Source of the DNA: a virus
Strand: one strand, 5' to 3'
Length of the DNA: 64,000 nucleotides
Virus record (IMG/VR): IMGVR_UViG_3300031576_000028
Span: 14,896 to 78,895 of that record
The notes under the pieces were generated by a model. It had not been told where the DNA came from. It made no database searches and was given only the letters and a program-made list of their open reading frames with translations. A program made the translations under genes and the position numbers. Positions 9,770 to 18,559 of the stretch are shown here, in pieces (the stretch's first letter is position 1; each line of letters opens with the position of its first letter).

Positions 9770-10072
9770 CTACTCCCTCACCAACTCCAGCTCGAGGCCC
9801 TGGCGCTTCAGCTGGTCGATGTCGTAGCCGGCCGAGTCGAACACCCGGCCGGCTTTGTAGTCGATGAGCTGGCCGGCGAGCGAGGCTCGCTTGTCGGCCA
9901 GGAGCCTGTAACGCGGGCGCCTCGAGCCTTGAACCGGCACCGGCTCGTCGAGGTCGCTCACGTCGACGTCCTGCGGGCCAGGAGGAGCCTTCGCCGTCGG
10001 CTTCGCGGCCGCGACGTCGGGTCCGAGCTTCGCGGACTCCAGGGGGTCGTACTTCGCCTTACCAGATGCCAT
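9770..10072 (-). CDS. hypothetical virion-module protein
   Basis: GGAG RBS; directly after the capsid gene. Confidence 0.6.
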   Translation of the reverse strand: MASGKAKYDPLESAKLGPDVAAAKPTAKAPPGPQDVDVSDLDEPVPVQGSRRPRYRLLADKRASLAGQLIDYKAGRVFDSAGYDIDQLKRQGLELELVRE

Positions 10073-10155
10073 AGCGCTCCTCCACGTGGGTGCAGGTGGG
10101 CCAGATCAGTAGGACCAGGCCCTTGGAGGAGGCTACCCTGCGCCGCCTCCGGCGG

Positions 10156-11553
10156 CTACTCGCCGTGGAGGATCGTCTGCACGCGCTTGAAGCGCGCCGC
10201 GTCGCCCGTCGTCGCGTCGGTGCGCATCGGCCAATCGCCGATGAACTTCCAGGACGTTGAGACGAGGTCCTGGAGTCGGTTCAGCGGGGCCCGGATGATG
10301 AGCTTGATGCGGTCCGTCGAGATCTCGATTCCGTTGTTGTTGATCGAGGGCTCGCCGACCTTGCCGGTGATGCCGGCCTCGGTGATGAGGCCAGCGAGGT
10401 CCTGGTAGTACTCGAAGATCGAGGACTGGCCACACAGGAGCACGCGGTTCATGCGCACGCCGGTCGAGGCGACGCCGTTCGAGAACAGCTCCGGGCTGAA
10501 CGGGTCGTCGAGCGAGAACGTCGCCGTCGAGCCGCCGATCACGGTCTCCGGGACCGGGCACTCCGAGTTCCGGAAGATGACAGTGTTCAGGAGCTCGCCG
10601 ACCGCGAACTGCTTGTACATGTAGTAGTCGGGCAGCGACTGCAGGAGGCGCTGGAACTCGGCGTCGCCGAAGATCTGCGTCTGGCCAGTCGGGTTCATGT
10701 GCGCGTGGAAGCGGCCGTCCGGCATCTCCGGGACGTTCTGCGACCAGAAGCGCGCGACCGCCGTGCGGAGCGAGGCGAGCGTCAGCACGTCGCCCGAGCC
10801 GATGTCGTCCGTGCGGTTGCCGCCGCCGACGTACACCATCGAGGTGCGGTCGCTGGAGACGAACAGGTCGCGGTCGGTGACCGCGATGGCCACGTCGAGC
10901 GTCACCGTACCTGGGCCGAGCTCATCGCCCGGGTTGTCCGGCGTGAACCCGACCACGTTGCGCGTGGTCGCGAGCGACGTGATCGACACGAGCAGCGGGT
11001 TGTTGACGCTGACCGGCGAGAACTTCACCGGCGAACCGGCGATGAGCGTCGGGTTGCGCGCCTTCGTGAAGCCGTTGAGGCGCTTCACGCGGATCGTCGT
11101 GGATGCGCCCTGCGTGCCGTCCGCGACCGTCCAGCCGCTGGCGGCCGTGTTGTACATCTTGTTCCGGACGATGCGGTTCATCGTCTGGCCGGCAGACATG
11201 CCGAGCTGCTGCGCGTTGCGCAGGAACAGGTTGGCGATCGCCGCGATGCTGGTGGGCATGTGCGTGTCGATCGAGTCGGCGTACTGCTGGATGGTGGCCT
11301 CCCACTGCTCGGCCTGGTAGGTCGAGGGCGGCGGATCGGTCCCGGGGACCAGCGGTCGCGCCTTGGGCGTGATCAGGCCGGTGCCGGTGAACACCATCGT
11401 GTCGCCGACGTTGGCCGGCCACAGCTGGGGGGCGGCCTCGCCGCGGAAGAGGAGGCGGGGGAACAAGGCGTCGTGAAACGCCCGCTCCAGGAGGTTGTCC
11501 TGGACCAGCGCCCGAATCTCGGGAGCCTGGCTGATGGTTGAGAAATCGGGCAT
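10156..11553 (-). CDS. major capsid protein
   Basis: 465 aa with strong codon bias; N4-gp56-like N-terminus (VGDTMVFT...PLVPGTDP...EATIQQYAD); follows the scaffold. Confidence 0.85.
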   Translation of the reverse strand: MPDFSTISQAPEIRALVQDNLLERAFHDALFPRLLFRGEAAPQLWPANVGDTMVFTGTGLITPKARPLVPGTDPPPSTYQAEQWEATIQQYADSIDTHMPTSIAAIANLFLRNAQQLGMSAGQTMNRIVRNKMYNTAASGWTVADGTQGASTTIRVKRLNGFTKARNPTLIAGSPVKFSPVSVNNPLLVSITSLATTRNVVGFTPDNPGDELGPGTVTLDVAIAVTDRDLFVSSDRTSMVYVGGGNRTDDIGSGDVLTLASLRTAVARFWSQNVPEMPDGRFHAHMNPTGQTQIFGDAEFQRLLQSLPDYYMYKQFAVGELLNTVIFRNSECPVPETVIGGSTATFSLDDPFSPELFSNGVASTGVRMNRVLLCGQSSIFEYYQDLAGLITEAGITGKVGEPSINNNGIEISTDRIKLIIRAPLNRLQDLVSTSWKFIGDWPMRTDATTGDAARFKRVQTILHGE

Positions 11554-11591
11554 CGTGATCTCCGTTCAGCGGCGGGCGTGACTGCCGCGCC

Positions 11592-12470
11592 TTAGAGGTG
11601 CGGGTTGAGGCCGAGCTCTCGGAGGCGCTTCTGCACATCCTCGGGCTTGGCGGTGCGTGCGTCGAACTGTCTGGTCGCCGCGTCAATCACCTGGGTCTCC
11701 CCTGGCGTCGGCGCGACGACCTGGGTGCCACCGGGCTTCACAGCCCCGTTGGTCCCGGTCGTGGCAGGGGCCACCGTCTCGCCGAAGAGATACGGCTTGT
11801 CCTTCTTGAGCCCGTCGTAGAACGCCTTGCGGTCGAACGCCGCGATCTCCTGCTCGCTCTTACCCTCGAGGACTCGGGTGAGCAGGCGGATCGAGTAGTC
11901 GACGTCCTTGATGCCAGCGCCGTAGCACTCGTCGCGGAGGGCCATCTCGGCATCCTTCGCGTCGAGCTTCGCCTGGAGATCCCGGTTCTTCCGATTCTCC
12001 GAGCGCCACTGCTTGCGCATCTTGGACCTCTCGTCGTTAGCGCGGGCTTGCTCCTGGCGGAGCCGCTCGGCCTCCTTCGAGGCGGCGTCGTTCTTGGTGG
12101 CTGGCTTGATCGGCATCGTCGTGGTTCCTTGCGGCGGGGGTGGGGTCTGCGTGATCGGGGTTTGCGGCTTCTTGAGAGCTGCGAGAGCCTTCAGTGCGTC
12201 ATCATGGTCGGCGAACCCGGCTGCCCGGGCCCTGGCGTCGAGATCGGAGATCGCCTGCTGGCGTCCCTTCTCCTTGGCCTCTTCCTTGATGCGCTTGAAG
12301 TCGCTGTGCCTGACCTGCTGGACTCCCTCCTCTTGACCACCCTTGGGCTCCGCTGGGGCGGCTTGCGCCGCGCCGTTGGTCGGCTGCTGGGTGGTCGTCG
12401 CTGCCGGTCCTGTTCCGGCGGTGCTGATCTTGGATTCGTCGATCTCTTCGGTCGGGTCTGGGTCTGGCAT
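11592..12470 (-). CDS. capsid scaffolding protein
   Basis: Low-complexity N-terminus, coiled coil and LKKDKPYLF motif; precedes the capsid gene. Confidence 0.75.
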   Translation of the reverse strand: MPDPDPTEEIDESKISTAGTGPAATTTQQPTNGAAQAAPAEPKGGQEEGVQQVRHSDFKRIKEEAKEKGRQQAISDLDARARAAGFADHDDALKALAALKKPQTPITQTPPPPQGTTTMPIKPATKNDAASKEAERLRQEQARANDERSKMRKQWRSENRKNRDLQAKLDAKDAEMALRDECYGAGIKDVDYSIRLLTRVLEGKSEQEIAAFDRKAFYDGLKKDKPYLFGETVAPATTGTNGAVKPGGTQVVAPTPGETQVIDAATRQFDARTAKPEDVQKRLRELGLNPHL

Positions 12471-12592
12471 CGCTCTCGCTCCTCGTTCCCCGGGTTCACC
12501 GTCTGTTAACCGCCGACGTGGCGTGGGTGGGTCCCGGAGCTCGATCGCTACCTGACTGGTGGTTGGTCTGTTGGTTGATCGGGAAGGTTGTA

Positions 12593-12618
12593 CCTTGCCC
12601 GCCTAAGCGGGCGCAAGG
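12593..12618 (-). terminator. stem-loop after the head decoration gene
   Basis: ccttgcccgc-ctaa-gcgggcgcaagg inverted repeat right after the stop; no clear U tract. Confidence 0.4.
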
Positions 12619-12620
12619 GC

Positions 12621-13076
12621 TTACGGCGCGCCGTCGAGGGCCGCCTGCTCGGCGGTCATGTCGGTGAACGGCCGCGGGATGTACTCGATCACGAACGCCG
12701 TGACCGCGGCCTGGAACGTGATGACCTTGCCGTTGTCCGACAAGAGGCAGACGTGGACCGATCCGGCGCCGATGGCCGTCGCGGTACCGCCGGCGTCCGT
12801 GACGACCGCCGGTCCGGCCGCGAGGGTTCCGGCGGTCACGCGGAGCGTGGTCACCGACAGGGCCGCGAGGCGCTTCGAGTTGCTTGCGCCGACGGTCTCG
12901 CCGGTGCCGTCGATTGCAGTGAGATCCTGCGTCGCGGCCGAGGTCAAGCCCGTGAAGGTGCGCTTCAGTGGGGCGAGCAGCGTGCCGAGGCGGACCTTCG
13001 CGAGGATGTCCTCGAGTTGGCCGCCGCGGGCGCCGTCGAGGGCGGACTGGAGGGTGGTTCGAGCGGTAACGGTCAT
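12621..13076 (-). CDS. putative head decoration / structural protein
   Basis: Ala/Thr-rich 151 aa; AGGAG RBS; head module. Confidence 0.5.
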   Translation of the reverse strand: MTVTARTTLQSALDGARGGQLEDILAKVRLGTLLAPLKRTFTGLTSAATQDLTAIDGTGETVGASNSKRLAALSVTTLRVTAGTLAAGPAVVTDAGGTATAIGAGSVHVCLLSDNGKVITFQAAVTAFVIEYIPRPFTDMTAEQAALDGAP

Positions 13077-13106
13077 CGGTTGAGCTCCTTGTGGGGCGTG
13101 GTCATA

Positions 13107-13490
13107 TCACGACTTCTGGCCGAGGAAGACCTTGACCCTGGTCTCCTGGCCCACGACCCGCTGGAGGTCGAGTGCGGTGAAGGGGGCCGTCTTCGAGATC
13201 AGGCTGAGGTGACCGTCGACCGGGATGACCTGAGTCGCCCCGTCCGCGCTGGTGAACCGTGCCTTGATCTTCCTGTCGCAGGAGATCTCGATGACGTTGG
13301 CGTTGACGACGCCGCCGAACGCTACCACCTGCACGGCGTCGAGGCTCAGGACGTAGTCGTCGAAGTACTTCTGCGCCAGAGTGACAGTCTCACTGATCGG
13401 GGCGAGGAGCGATGGGGCGCCGCTGGCGAGGAGGACCCCCGTCTGCGGCGTCGTGCTCCAAGATCCCTGGATCGTGAACTTGTCGGTCAT
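13107..13490 (-). CDS. putative structural protein (beta-rich)
   Basis: 127 aa in the head module. Confidence 0.5.
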   Translation of the reverse strand: MTDKFTIQGSWSTTPQTGVLLASGAPSLLAPISETVTLAQKYFDDYVLSLDAVQVVAFGGVVNANVIEISCDRKIKARFTSADGATQVIPVDGHLSLISKTAPFTALDLQRVVGQETRVKVFLGQKS

Positions 13491-13505
13491 GCTGGCGCTC
13501 GATGA

Positions 13506-13691
13506 TCAGGTCGGGCCGAGCTTGAAGGGTGCCGGGTCGGGCGCCGCGGGGTTCGCGTTCGGCATGCCCTGCAGCGTGCCGGTGCGCTTGACGTTGTCGG
13601 AGTACGTGCCGTGCTCGGCGTCGTACTTCTCGATGACTTCCTTGTAGGTGCCGGACTGGCCGACGCCGTCCGCCTGGTTCTGATCGGGCAT
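13506..13691 (-). CDS. small head-module protein, DPxPFKLG family
   Basis: AGGAG RBS; ends AAPDPAPFKLGPT. Confidence 0.7.
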   Translation of the reverse strand: MPDQNQADGVGQSGTYKEVIEKYDAEHGTYSDNVKRTGTLQGMPNANPAAPDPAPFKLGPT

Positions 13692-13709
13692 GGGATTGCT
13701 CCTGGTTGG

Positions 13710-13934
13710 TTACTTGATCGGGTCTGGGTCGGGGGCCGCGCCGTTTGGCGCGTTGGTGAAGGGCGATCCCGAGACGTTGTCTCGGTACGAGCCACCTGCA
13801 ACGGAGGTCGGGACCCCGGCCTCGTGGTCCATCGGCTGGGCGTCGGCCGGGAAGCCGCCTCGGTCCGTGCCGATGTCGAGGGCGCGGTTGCGCGGGGTGT
13901 TCAGCTTGGTCGGCGATCTCGGTGGGCTCGGCAT
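13710..13934 (-). CDS. small head-module protein, DPxPFKLG family
   Basis: Start reassigned to the TGATG overlap with a GGAGG RBS; ends AAPDPDPIK. Confidence 0.65.
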   Translation of the reverse strand: MPSPPRSPTKLNTPRNRALDIGTDRGGFPADAQPMDHEAGVPTSVAGGSYRDNVSGSPFTNAPNGAAPDPDPIK

Positions 13935-14131
13935 CACATGCCTCCTAGCTTGAACGGCGAGGGATCTTGGCGGCCAGCAGGAGCGGCGTGCCCCGCCTGC
14001 GGGGTCGCGGCGTCGAGCTCGAACGAGCCCGGCCACTCGACCCCCGGCATGGACGGCTGAGCCTGCTGATCGTAGAAGGACTGCTCCTTCGTCGAGTTCC
14101 CCTGAAGTGGAAGGACCATCGGTCTCTTCAT
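13934..14131 (-). CDS. small head-module protein, DPxPFKLG family
   Basis: GGGAG RBS and TAGGCT -10-like element upstream; ends QDPSPFKLGGM. Confidence 0.65.
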   Translation of the reverse strand: MKRPMVLPLQGNSTKEQSFYDQQAQPSMPGVEWPGSFELDAATPQAGHAAPAGRQDPSPFKLGGM

Positions 14132-14169
14132 ACTCCCGTGAGCCTATGCGCAGGCGCACGGCGTGTCAA

Positions 14170-14748
14170 CTACGCGCGGCGCCCCTGGATCAGGGAGAGC
14201 AGCTCCGCGCGGGAGCCGGGATCCTTCCGGAAGGCGCCCAGCATGCAGGAAGTCACGGTCGAGACGCCCTTCTTGTTGACGCCGCGGGTCGACATGCACT
14301 GGTGCTCGGCCTCGACCACGACCCCGACGGCGAGGGCCTCGAGGGACTCCTGGACCGCGTGGGCGATGTCGGAGGTCATCTTCTCCTGGATCTGCAGGCG
14401 CTTAGCGAAGGCGTCCACGACCCTGGCGAGCTTGGAGATCCCGACGACGCGCTTGTTCGGCAGGTAGCCCACGTGGACGACGCCGAGGATGGGGACGAGG
14501 TGGTGCTCGCAGTAGCTCTCGAACTGGATGTCCGTCAGCAGGACGATCTCGTCATAGCCGCTGACGTCCTCGAACGTCTTCGAGAGGATCTTTTTGGGGT
14601 CCTGTTCGTACCCGCGGAAGAACTCCTCGTAGGCCTTCACGACCCTGGATGGAGTATCGACCAGACCCTCGCGAGCCGGGTCGTCGCCGGCCCACGCGAG
14701 CAGCGTGCGCACGGCTGCCTCGGCCTCTAGCCTGGTCGGACGGGTCAC
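14170..14748 (-). CDS. folE: GTP cyclohydrolase I
   Basis: [39 protein letters not shown] motifs. Confidence 0.97.
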   Translation of the reverse strand: MTRPTRLEAEAAVRTLLAWAGDDPAREGLVDTPSRVVKAYEEFFRGYEQDPKKILSKTFEDVSGYDEIVLLTDIQFESYCEHHLVPILGVVHVGYLPNKRVVGISKLARVVDAFAKRLQIQEKMTSDIAHAVQESLEALAVGVVVEAEHQCMSTRGVNKKGVSTVTSCMLGAFRKDPGSRAELLSLIQGRRA

Positions 14749-15326
14749 TCGGCGGCCGGGGGGCCTGGCTCGTCGGCGGCCGCGTCCTCCGCGCCCTCCT
14801 CGGCCTCTTCCTCTTCTTCGGAGACGTTGAAGTCCTCGTCGACGTCGATCTCCTCGCCGGCGTACTTGCCCGCCTGGAGGAGGAACGCGCAGAGGAGCTT
14901 CTCGTCGGCCTTGTCGCCGACGCTGGGCGCGAGCGCCGTCGCCAGCGCCTCGCAGTCCTCCGGCGAGAGCGCCGAGACGTACTTGGCGAGGCCCATGGAC
15001 AGCTCGTCCGGCATGCGGTCGACGGCCTTGCCGACCTCCTTGAGGGCGTCGTCAGGAACCTCCTTGAGGAGGAGGTCGCCACCGACGTCCATGGCGAGAT
15101 CGTGCAGCTCGCCCGCCTCGTCCTTGATCGTCCGACCGAACTCACCCCACTCCTCGATCAAAGCTGCTCCGCGCGCGGCCGGGTCGGCGGCGACGGGGGC
15201 GTCGGCCTCGTCATCGTAGTCGTCGGCCATGCCCTCGTGGCCGGGGGGCTGGGCCATCCCGAGCTCGACCGCGGAGGGGCCGGAGGCGTGCTGATCGACC
15301 AAGGCCTTGAGCTTGTTTGCGAGCAT
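14745..15326 (-). CDS. very acidic hypothetical protein (candidate internal head protein)
   Basis: 193 aa, D/E-rich; GTGA-coupled to folE. Confidence 0.7.
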   Translation of the reverse strand: MLANKLKALVDQHASGPSAVELGMAQPPGHEGMADDYDDEADAPVAADPAARGAALIEEWGEFGRTIKDEAGELHDLAMDVGGDLLLKEVPDDALKEVGKAVDRMPDELSMGLAKYVSALSPEDCEALATALAPSVGDKADEKLLCAFLLQAGKYAGEEIDVDEDFNVSEEEEEAEEGAEDAAADEPGPPAAE

Positions 15327-15350
15327 GCCTGATGGGTACCACGACGCCGC

Positions 15351-15869
15351 TTACTCAGGCAAGAAGCGACCAGTAACTGTGTCGATAGTTCTCCCTACGT
15401 AGTGCTCACGCAGGTGGTCGGCGCGAGTCGCCTTGAGCTCGAGGTTGTCGGGGCGGTTGTCGGCTCGATCTTCGTTCACGTGATGAACGTCCTCGGTCGG
15501 GAGCAGGTACCTGCCGAGGCTAGCTTCCATCACCAGCCGGTGCTCCCGAATTGTCCCGTCGGCGTGCGCGTGTGGGTGGCCAGCTGGCGCGGTCACGTCG
15601 ATGTAGCCATCCTCCCGCAGCTTGTAACCGACGAGCCCGCGCCCAGGCAGCACGTGCTTGCGGCGCGACTTTACGGATCGCTCGATGGCGAGCCGAGCAG
15701 GCTTCTGGCCAGCCTTCCCCTCTGAGATCGACCGCATCCTAACACCTGCTCGGCGAAGCCACGTTCGCGCGGTTGTGGCAGAGACATTGAGCTCCGCAGC
15801 GCAGGCACGCACCGACAGAATTTCCACTTCGTAGAGCTCCGCCATCCTCGACCGACCTGGGCACTTCAT
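15351..15869 (-). CDS. HNH homing endonuclease
   Basis: EHRLVMEASLGRYL...VHHVNEDRADNRPDNLEL; lower GC than neighbours. Confidence 0.9.
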   Translation of the reverse strand: MKCPGRSRMAELYEVEILSVRACAAELNVSATTARTWLRRAGVRMRSISEGKAGQKPARLAIERSVKSRRKHVLPGRGLVGYKLREDGYIDVTAPAGHPHAHADGTIREHRLVMEASLGRYLLPTEDVHHVNEDRADNRPDNLELKATRADHLREHYVGRTIDTVTGRFLPE

Positions 15870-15893
15870 AGGCCGAACGATAGCGCAGTTAGT

Positions 15894-16817
15894 TTACTTG
15901 CGCACCACCCGCTGGCCGTCGATCAGCTCCCAGCCCCACCCCCAGCCTGGCCGCCACGGCTGAAGTACGCTGCGATCATTTGGGCGGTTGGGCGGGAAGG
16001 TCCACTGCATGCCGAGCATGCTCGGGCTGATCTTCAGGTTTGGGGGGTTGACCAGGGGCATCCCGAAGGAGGCCCCCGGGCGCGCGAGCTGTCCGTGCAT
16101 GGCGCAGGAGTCGTCCCCGACCCTCGCGTCGAGCTTGGCGAGGGTGACGTCTGCGACGTACTCCACCCACCGCATCATGATGTCGGGGAAGGTCTTCTTG
16201 GTGGCCCCGATCGCGTCCATCTGGGTCGCGTTGTAGGCCCACGCCGTCTCGGTCCTCGCGATCCTCTCGGCGCGCCACAGCTCGCCGCCGATGACCTCCG
16301 AGACCCCTTGGACCATCTCGAACCCGCTGAGGCCCTGCAGGAGGCCCACGCCGATCGTCTGCTCGACCTTGACGACGACGGAGGCCCCGTACTTGGCCAT
16401 GGATCGCGTGTTCAGAGACATCAGGCTCGTGCGCCGCGCGTCGACGACGCCGGCGAACCTCGCGGCCTGCTCGATCGGCAGCTGGACGACGGCACCGCTC
16501 GCGACCTTCTCCATCCTCTTGACCGCCATGATCATGGCGTTGGCGGAGGACTCCTGCGCGATCACCGTCTGCTCGTTCATGGCAGCGCCGAGGTGCACCG
16601 ACAGCCGGACGAGGCCCTGCCTGGCCTGGGCGAGCATCGACTGGGCCTTCTGGATCGTGAATGGCGAGGCACCCGAACCGACTGCCCGGGCGAGCTGGCG
16701 CTCGAGGCCCTGCGCGGCCTCCACGTAGAGACCCCTGATTCGCGGGACGCTGCCCTTCTCGATGAGGCCGTTGAGCCGCCGCAGGTGGGCCTTGGCCGAC
16801 TCCTGGTACTCGCCCAT
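15894..16817 (-). CDS. MuF / SPP1 gp7-like head morphogenesis protein
   Basis: RAERIARTETAWAYN and PPNRPNDRS motifs; start set at the TGATG overlap. Confidence 0.85.
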   Translation of the reverse strand: MGEYQESAKAHLRRLNGLIEKGSVPRIRGLYVEAAQGLERQLARAVGSGASPFTIQKAQSMLAQARQGLVRLSVHLGAAMNEQTVIAQESSANAMIMAVKRMEKVASGAVVQLPIEQAARFAGVVDARRTSLMSLNTRSMAKYGASVVVKVEQTIGVGLLQGLSGFEMVQGVSEVIGGELWRAERIARTETAWAYNATQMDAIGATKKTFPDIMMRWVEYVADVTLAKLDARVGDDSCAMHGQLARPGASFGMPLVNPPNLKISPSMLGMQWTFPPNRPNDRSVLQPWRPGWGWGWELIDGQRVVRK

Positions 16818-17227
16818 CAGAACCGAACCACATCTCCGACGTCGACGCCGCTCGCCTGGCACCAGCCGGCGTTGACCTCGAGGACGTAGAGCGACGGCTG
16901 ACCGGCGCGCACCTTGTCGGTGCCGGGCGCCGCGTTGCGGACGATCGCGACCACCATCATGCCCTCGTCGATGAACACGAGGTCCAGCGGGATCAGGACG
17001 CCGCGCATCGTGGACGGGTGATCACCCACGTGCCCAGGCATGAACAGCATACCGGCGTCTCGGGCTAGGGCCTTCCTGCCGGCGAGCCCTCGCTCCATCC
17101 TGCCCGGCTCCGCGACGATCTCCGCGGTGACCGCGGCCGGCCCAACGCGGACGACGAACTCGCCGCGCGGGATCTGCGGGGCTGGCGTCGTGGCGGAGAT
17201 GTGCCCGAGGATCTTCCTGGTCAGCAC
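16817..17227 (-). CDS. DUF192-family protein
   Basis: ERGL...GMLF...IPLDLVFID...YVLEVNAG...VGD signature. Confidence 0.85.
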   Translation of the reverse strand: MLTRKILGHISATTPAPQIPRGEFVVRVGPAAVTAEIVAEPGRMERGLAGRKALARDAGMLFMPGHVGDHPSTMRGVLIPLDLVFIDEGMMVVAIVRNAAPGTDKVRAGQPSLYVLEVNAGWCQASGVDVGDVVRF

Positions 17228-17228
17228 G

Positions 17229-17732
17229 TCAGCCTCCTCTGGACACTGAGATCGCGTAGAAGGGCACCTGGGCGGTCGAGTGGCGCCAGCGCCGCATGAG
17301 CTTGTCCGACGGCGTCGACATGCGGCCGACGCCTGGGTCCTGCACCACGATCAGGTCGTCTTCGTCGAACCCGGTCGCGGCCACCCAGTGGTCCCAGTCG
17401 TCGACGGCGAGGATGCACGGTCGGCTCGACGCCAGGCTGCCGTGGAGGAACTCGCGCGCAGCGTCGGCGTCCGAGAACTCCTCGGCCTGGTGCCTGAGGC
17501 CGAGCGCGTCGAGCGCGGCCAGCAGCTGGTCGGAGTCGGTGCCGGCGGGGTCGGCCTCGGACAGGCTCCGGGCCTGGGCCTCCGTCACGACCACGCCGAG
17601 GGCCCGAGCGCAGCTGACGACGGCGGCCGGGCCGCAGCTCCACGACGTCTCCTGGATCGCGGGCGGCAGGCGGGCCGGCATCGGCGTCACGGCCTGCTGC
17701 TGGACGAGGGCCATGAGCTTCCGGTGGTCCAC
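17229..17732 (-). CDS. C39-like cysteine peptidase
   Basis: QETSWSCGPAA (Q..C), DHWVA (H), VQDPG (D); GTG start just after the upstream stop. Confidence 0.8.
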   Translation of the reverse strand: MDHRKLMALVQQQAVTPMPARLPPAIQETSWSCGPAAVVSCARALGVVVTEAQARSLSEADPAGTDSDQLLAALDALGLRHQAEEFSDADAAREFLHGSLASSRPCILAVDDWDHWVAATGFDEDDLIVVQDPGVGRMSTPSDKLMRRWRHSTAQVPFYAISVSRGG

Positions 17733-17734
17733 GC

Positions 17735-18163
17735 TCAGGACCTGGCGATGTCGGTGGCGACCTGGACGATCGGCTTGTCGGCGCCGGGGCCGCGGTCGAT
17801 CTCGACCAGCACGTAGCTGGGGGCCTTGGCGGCCGCACGCTCCGCGTCTCGCTGGTGTGTGCGGCACGCGTTGACGGTCGAGAAGCGGACCATGGGGCCG
17901 AACGTCGTCGGCGTGCACGGGATGTACTTCCCGTTCGGGTTCGACAGGGCGATCATCGTCGCCATCCGCGGGTTCCGCTGGACGAACTCGTCGTGGAGCA
18001 TGAACATCTTGATCTGGATGACCGGGAGGTTCGGGCACCCCTTGATGGCGCAGGGGTCGCGGAGGCCGTGCCTGGCGTGTACATCCTCGGCCGTCCGCAC
18101 GCCTCCGAACAGCTTCGACCTGTGGATCACCTCGGAGCGCTTCAGTCGCGAGTCTCGTCCCAT
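17735..18163 (-). CDS. hypothetical protein (Cys/His, possibly Zn-binding)
   Basis: CAIKGC...CRTH; typical codon usage. Confidence 0.6.
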   Translation of the reverse strand: MGRDSRLKRSEVIHRSKLFGGVRTAEDVHARHGLRDPCAIKGCPNLPVIQIKMFMLHDEFVQRNPRMATMIALSNPNGKYIPCTPTTFGPMVRFSTVNACRTHQRDAERAAAKAPSYVLVEIDRGPGADKPIVQVATDIARS

Positions 18164-18280
18164 GGGCCACACTAGCAGCGCCTCAGACGGCGCGCCAGGG
18201 CCCATGTAACTTGACGGGGGCCGCCAGCTCAACCAGCTCAAACGCGCTCGTACGCGGCGCTAGGAGCCCTCATCGGCGAC

Positions 18281-18559
18281 CTAGTCGAAGCGCGTCGGCG
18301 TCCGGTAGATCTCGAACTGGAACGGGTAGCAGCGCGCGGCGAGGCGGAGCAGCAGCCAGAACAGGAAGAACCGCCAGCGGCGGTGCGGCGGTGGCTGGTC
18401 GACCATCACGGCCATCGTCAGCCCGCGGCGGCGCCCGGACACTGGGACGCCGTGGACGACCTCGAGCTCCACCGGGGAGTTGGCCGGCATCCGCTCGACG
18501 GCCTGGACGGCGAGGTCCGGGTTGAGGGCCGCGCAGGCGAGGGCGAACCGATCGCTCAA
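18281..18559 (-). CDS. hypothetical protein
   Basis: Overlaps the portal stop; hydrophobic C-terminal stretch. Confidence 0.5.
   Translation of the reverse strand: MSDRFALACAALNPDLAVQAVERMPANSPVELEVVHGVPVSGRRRGLTMAVMVDQPPPHRRWRFFLFWLLLRLAARCYPFQFEIYRTPTRFD

Noticed and set aside
17229-17732. C39 peptidase as a bacteriocin transporter, or as the definite prohead protease
   Set aside because: There is no ABC transporter; a maturation role is possible but unsupported by the sequence alone.
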